A stretch of DNA of 64,000 nt, taken from a virus. The stretch lies in IMG/VR virus record IMGVR_UViG_3300027869_000006, positions 45,769 through 109,768 of that record; one strand, written 5' to 3'. Position numbers and translations under genes: made by a program. Every line of letters begins with the position of its first letter. Position 1 is the stretch's first letter. Below the pieces are notes generated by a model, which saw only the letters and a program-made list of their open reading frames with translations, was not told where the DNA came from and ran no database searches. Shown here piece by piece: positions 62,461 through 64,000 of the stretch.

Positions 62461-63442
62461 AGGAGCACGATCATGTTAAAGAGCAATGTGTTTACAGAGG
62501 CAACCGTCCTTGAGTTGGCACAATTCCTGTTCAATTGCGGGTATGAGGAGTTAACTGCGACTGACCCCCGCAATCAAGAGCCTGGCTGTTATGCATGCTT
62601 CTGGCGGCAAGATGATATGCAGGTCTGTCACAATCTGGAAGAGGTACGCACGTTGGCGGAGGCAATCTATGATGGGTCGCATGTCAAGCACCTCTTCTTC
62701 CCTCTCTCTCAAGAGAAGGTCCATCCTGAGTGGTGTCTGTGTGATCGGTGTGCATCTGAACGCTTTGCGTTTTGCGGCTATGAAGACTGAAGGAGCACGA
62801 TCATGCCACGTGAAACGACGCATGTCCTCTATGAGTGGGAGCCAACTGTTGAGGTTGAGATCATGGGTCAGCTTCGTCACTACCCTGGTGAGTATCATTC
62901 CCTGATTGTGCATCGGCTGGATGACCTTCCCTCCTTTCCACAGATACCGACGACTGCACTGAAGACGCCAGTCTGGTATAGCGGCTATCTTGAAGCATGG
63001 TATCTGGCTAATGGGCAACCGTTACAGTTGCCTTACAAACTGAGATAGGAGTACGATCATGCCAGAAGTAATCAAAAAGTGGATTGTAAGTTGGATTGTC
63101 GATTTCTATCTAGCAGACGAGGAAGGCAAGCCGGTCGGAGCAAAGATTGATACGCAAGAGATAGAGCGGGCGAATGCTCCGACACGTTGGGCTGCTAATC
63201 ATGCCTTTTCATTAAAGCGCAAATACCAGGGCGCGAAGATCACTTATAGTATAGAGCGTATGGGCTGAGGAGCACGATCATGAACCAGACCTGGGAGACA
63301 CGAGAAGTGGTGCAAGAGAGCGAAGAGGCACGTGCATTAGAGAGCGAAGGATGGAAGTATTATCGTACCTTTCACAACTCAGATAAGCGTTCTGTCACCT
63401 ATGGCAAGCGGATCGATATCTACCGGAAGGAGCACGATCATG
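62461..63442 (+). repeat. Five copies of AGGAG(C/T)ACGATCATG at consecutive gene starts
   Basis: Copies at 62461, 62791, 63047, 63268 and 63428. Confidence 0.85.
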
Positions 63443-63726
63443 ACGGAGCGAAGAACATTTACCTACACCCAGATTGATGTGGAAGAACTTGTTGCTACTG
63501 ATTTGCGACAGGAAGTCATACAAGCGAATGATAATGACCACGTCTCAGCCTATTCTATCCGTATCGGTGACATGGCAGAAAAGGCAGAGGCCCTCTATTT
63601 TCCCATGCAGCATCGCCTGGGTATTGCCTGGGGTGCAGATGCGACCTGGGCCGATGTAGAGACGCTGGAGTCGGGGATTGAGATGTATGTCAATGATGGC
63701 GAAGCCTGGAATGCTCGCAACTAAGC

Positions 63727-63773
<47 letters not shown>

Positions 63774-64000
63774 ATCATGGCAACTGATGGTCAAATGCCA
63801 CCTCCATGTGATGGAGACATTTTTCGTGAAGGCAAGCCTGTTGCTTTTATCAATGGACGTTCTAACGCAGTTGAGACCTGGGTGAAGGCTGTGGCTACTG
63901 CTCGTATAGACTGGCATTATAGCAGTGGAGTGGCACAGGTCTTGTACCTGGGGGATGAGAGTGACAAGACGCGGATTATACTCGCAATGAGGAAACTAGC

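Overview
The window is an internal 64-kb segment of a large phage or prophage. The gene style weakly suggests a Chloroflexota/Ktedonobacteria-like host, but this cannot be established from the sequence. 1-14.1 kb (+): virion/tail region with glycoside-hydrolase and LamG proteins, a decayed IS200/IS605 tnpB element, an amidase endolysin and a holin-like gene. 14.1-16.45 kb (-): a self-contained operon (promoter, ribbon-helix-helix regulator, coiled-coil DUF559 nuclease, pentamer array, stand-alone Cas7/RAMP-like gene, small ORF, second pentamer array, terminator). The arrays are NN-GGY pentamers in segments of mostly 16 units. When the NN dinucleotides of two segments are read as codon positions 1-2, they spell near-copies of the two genes flanking the cassette, and the resident copies are recoded at Ser/Leu codons. 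This looks like an RNA-guided, gapped-code (VIPR-like) system with a nuclease, possibly a homing cassette. 18-42 kb (mostly -): DnaB, a replication initiator with iterons, an ECF sigma factor, RusA, GIY-YIG nucleases, and an intact TnpB whose guide points at the gene it interrupts (the gene is restored by a recoded 5' copy). 42-64 kb (+): early genes including DUF932, a single-strand annealing protein, a DNA methyltransferase, HAD phosphatases and a Xer-like recombinase, plus Ro60 preceded by four tandem Y RNAs with different tRNA-mimic topologies. All assignments come from reading motifs by eye; no database searches were run.
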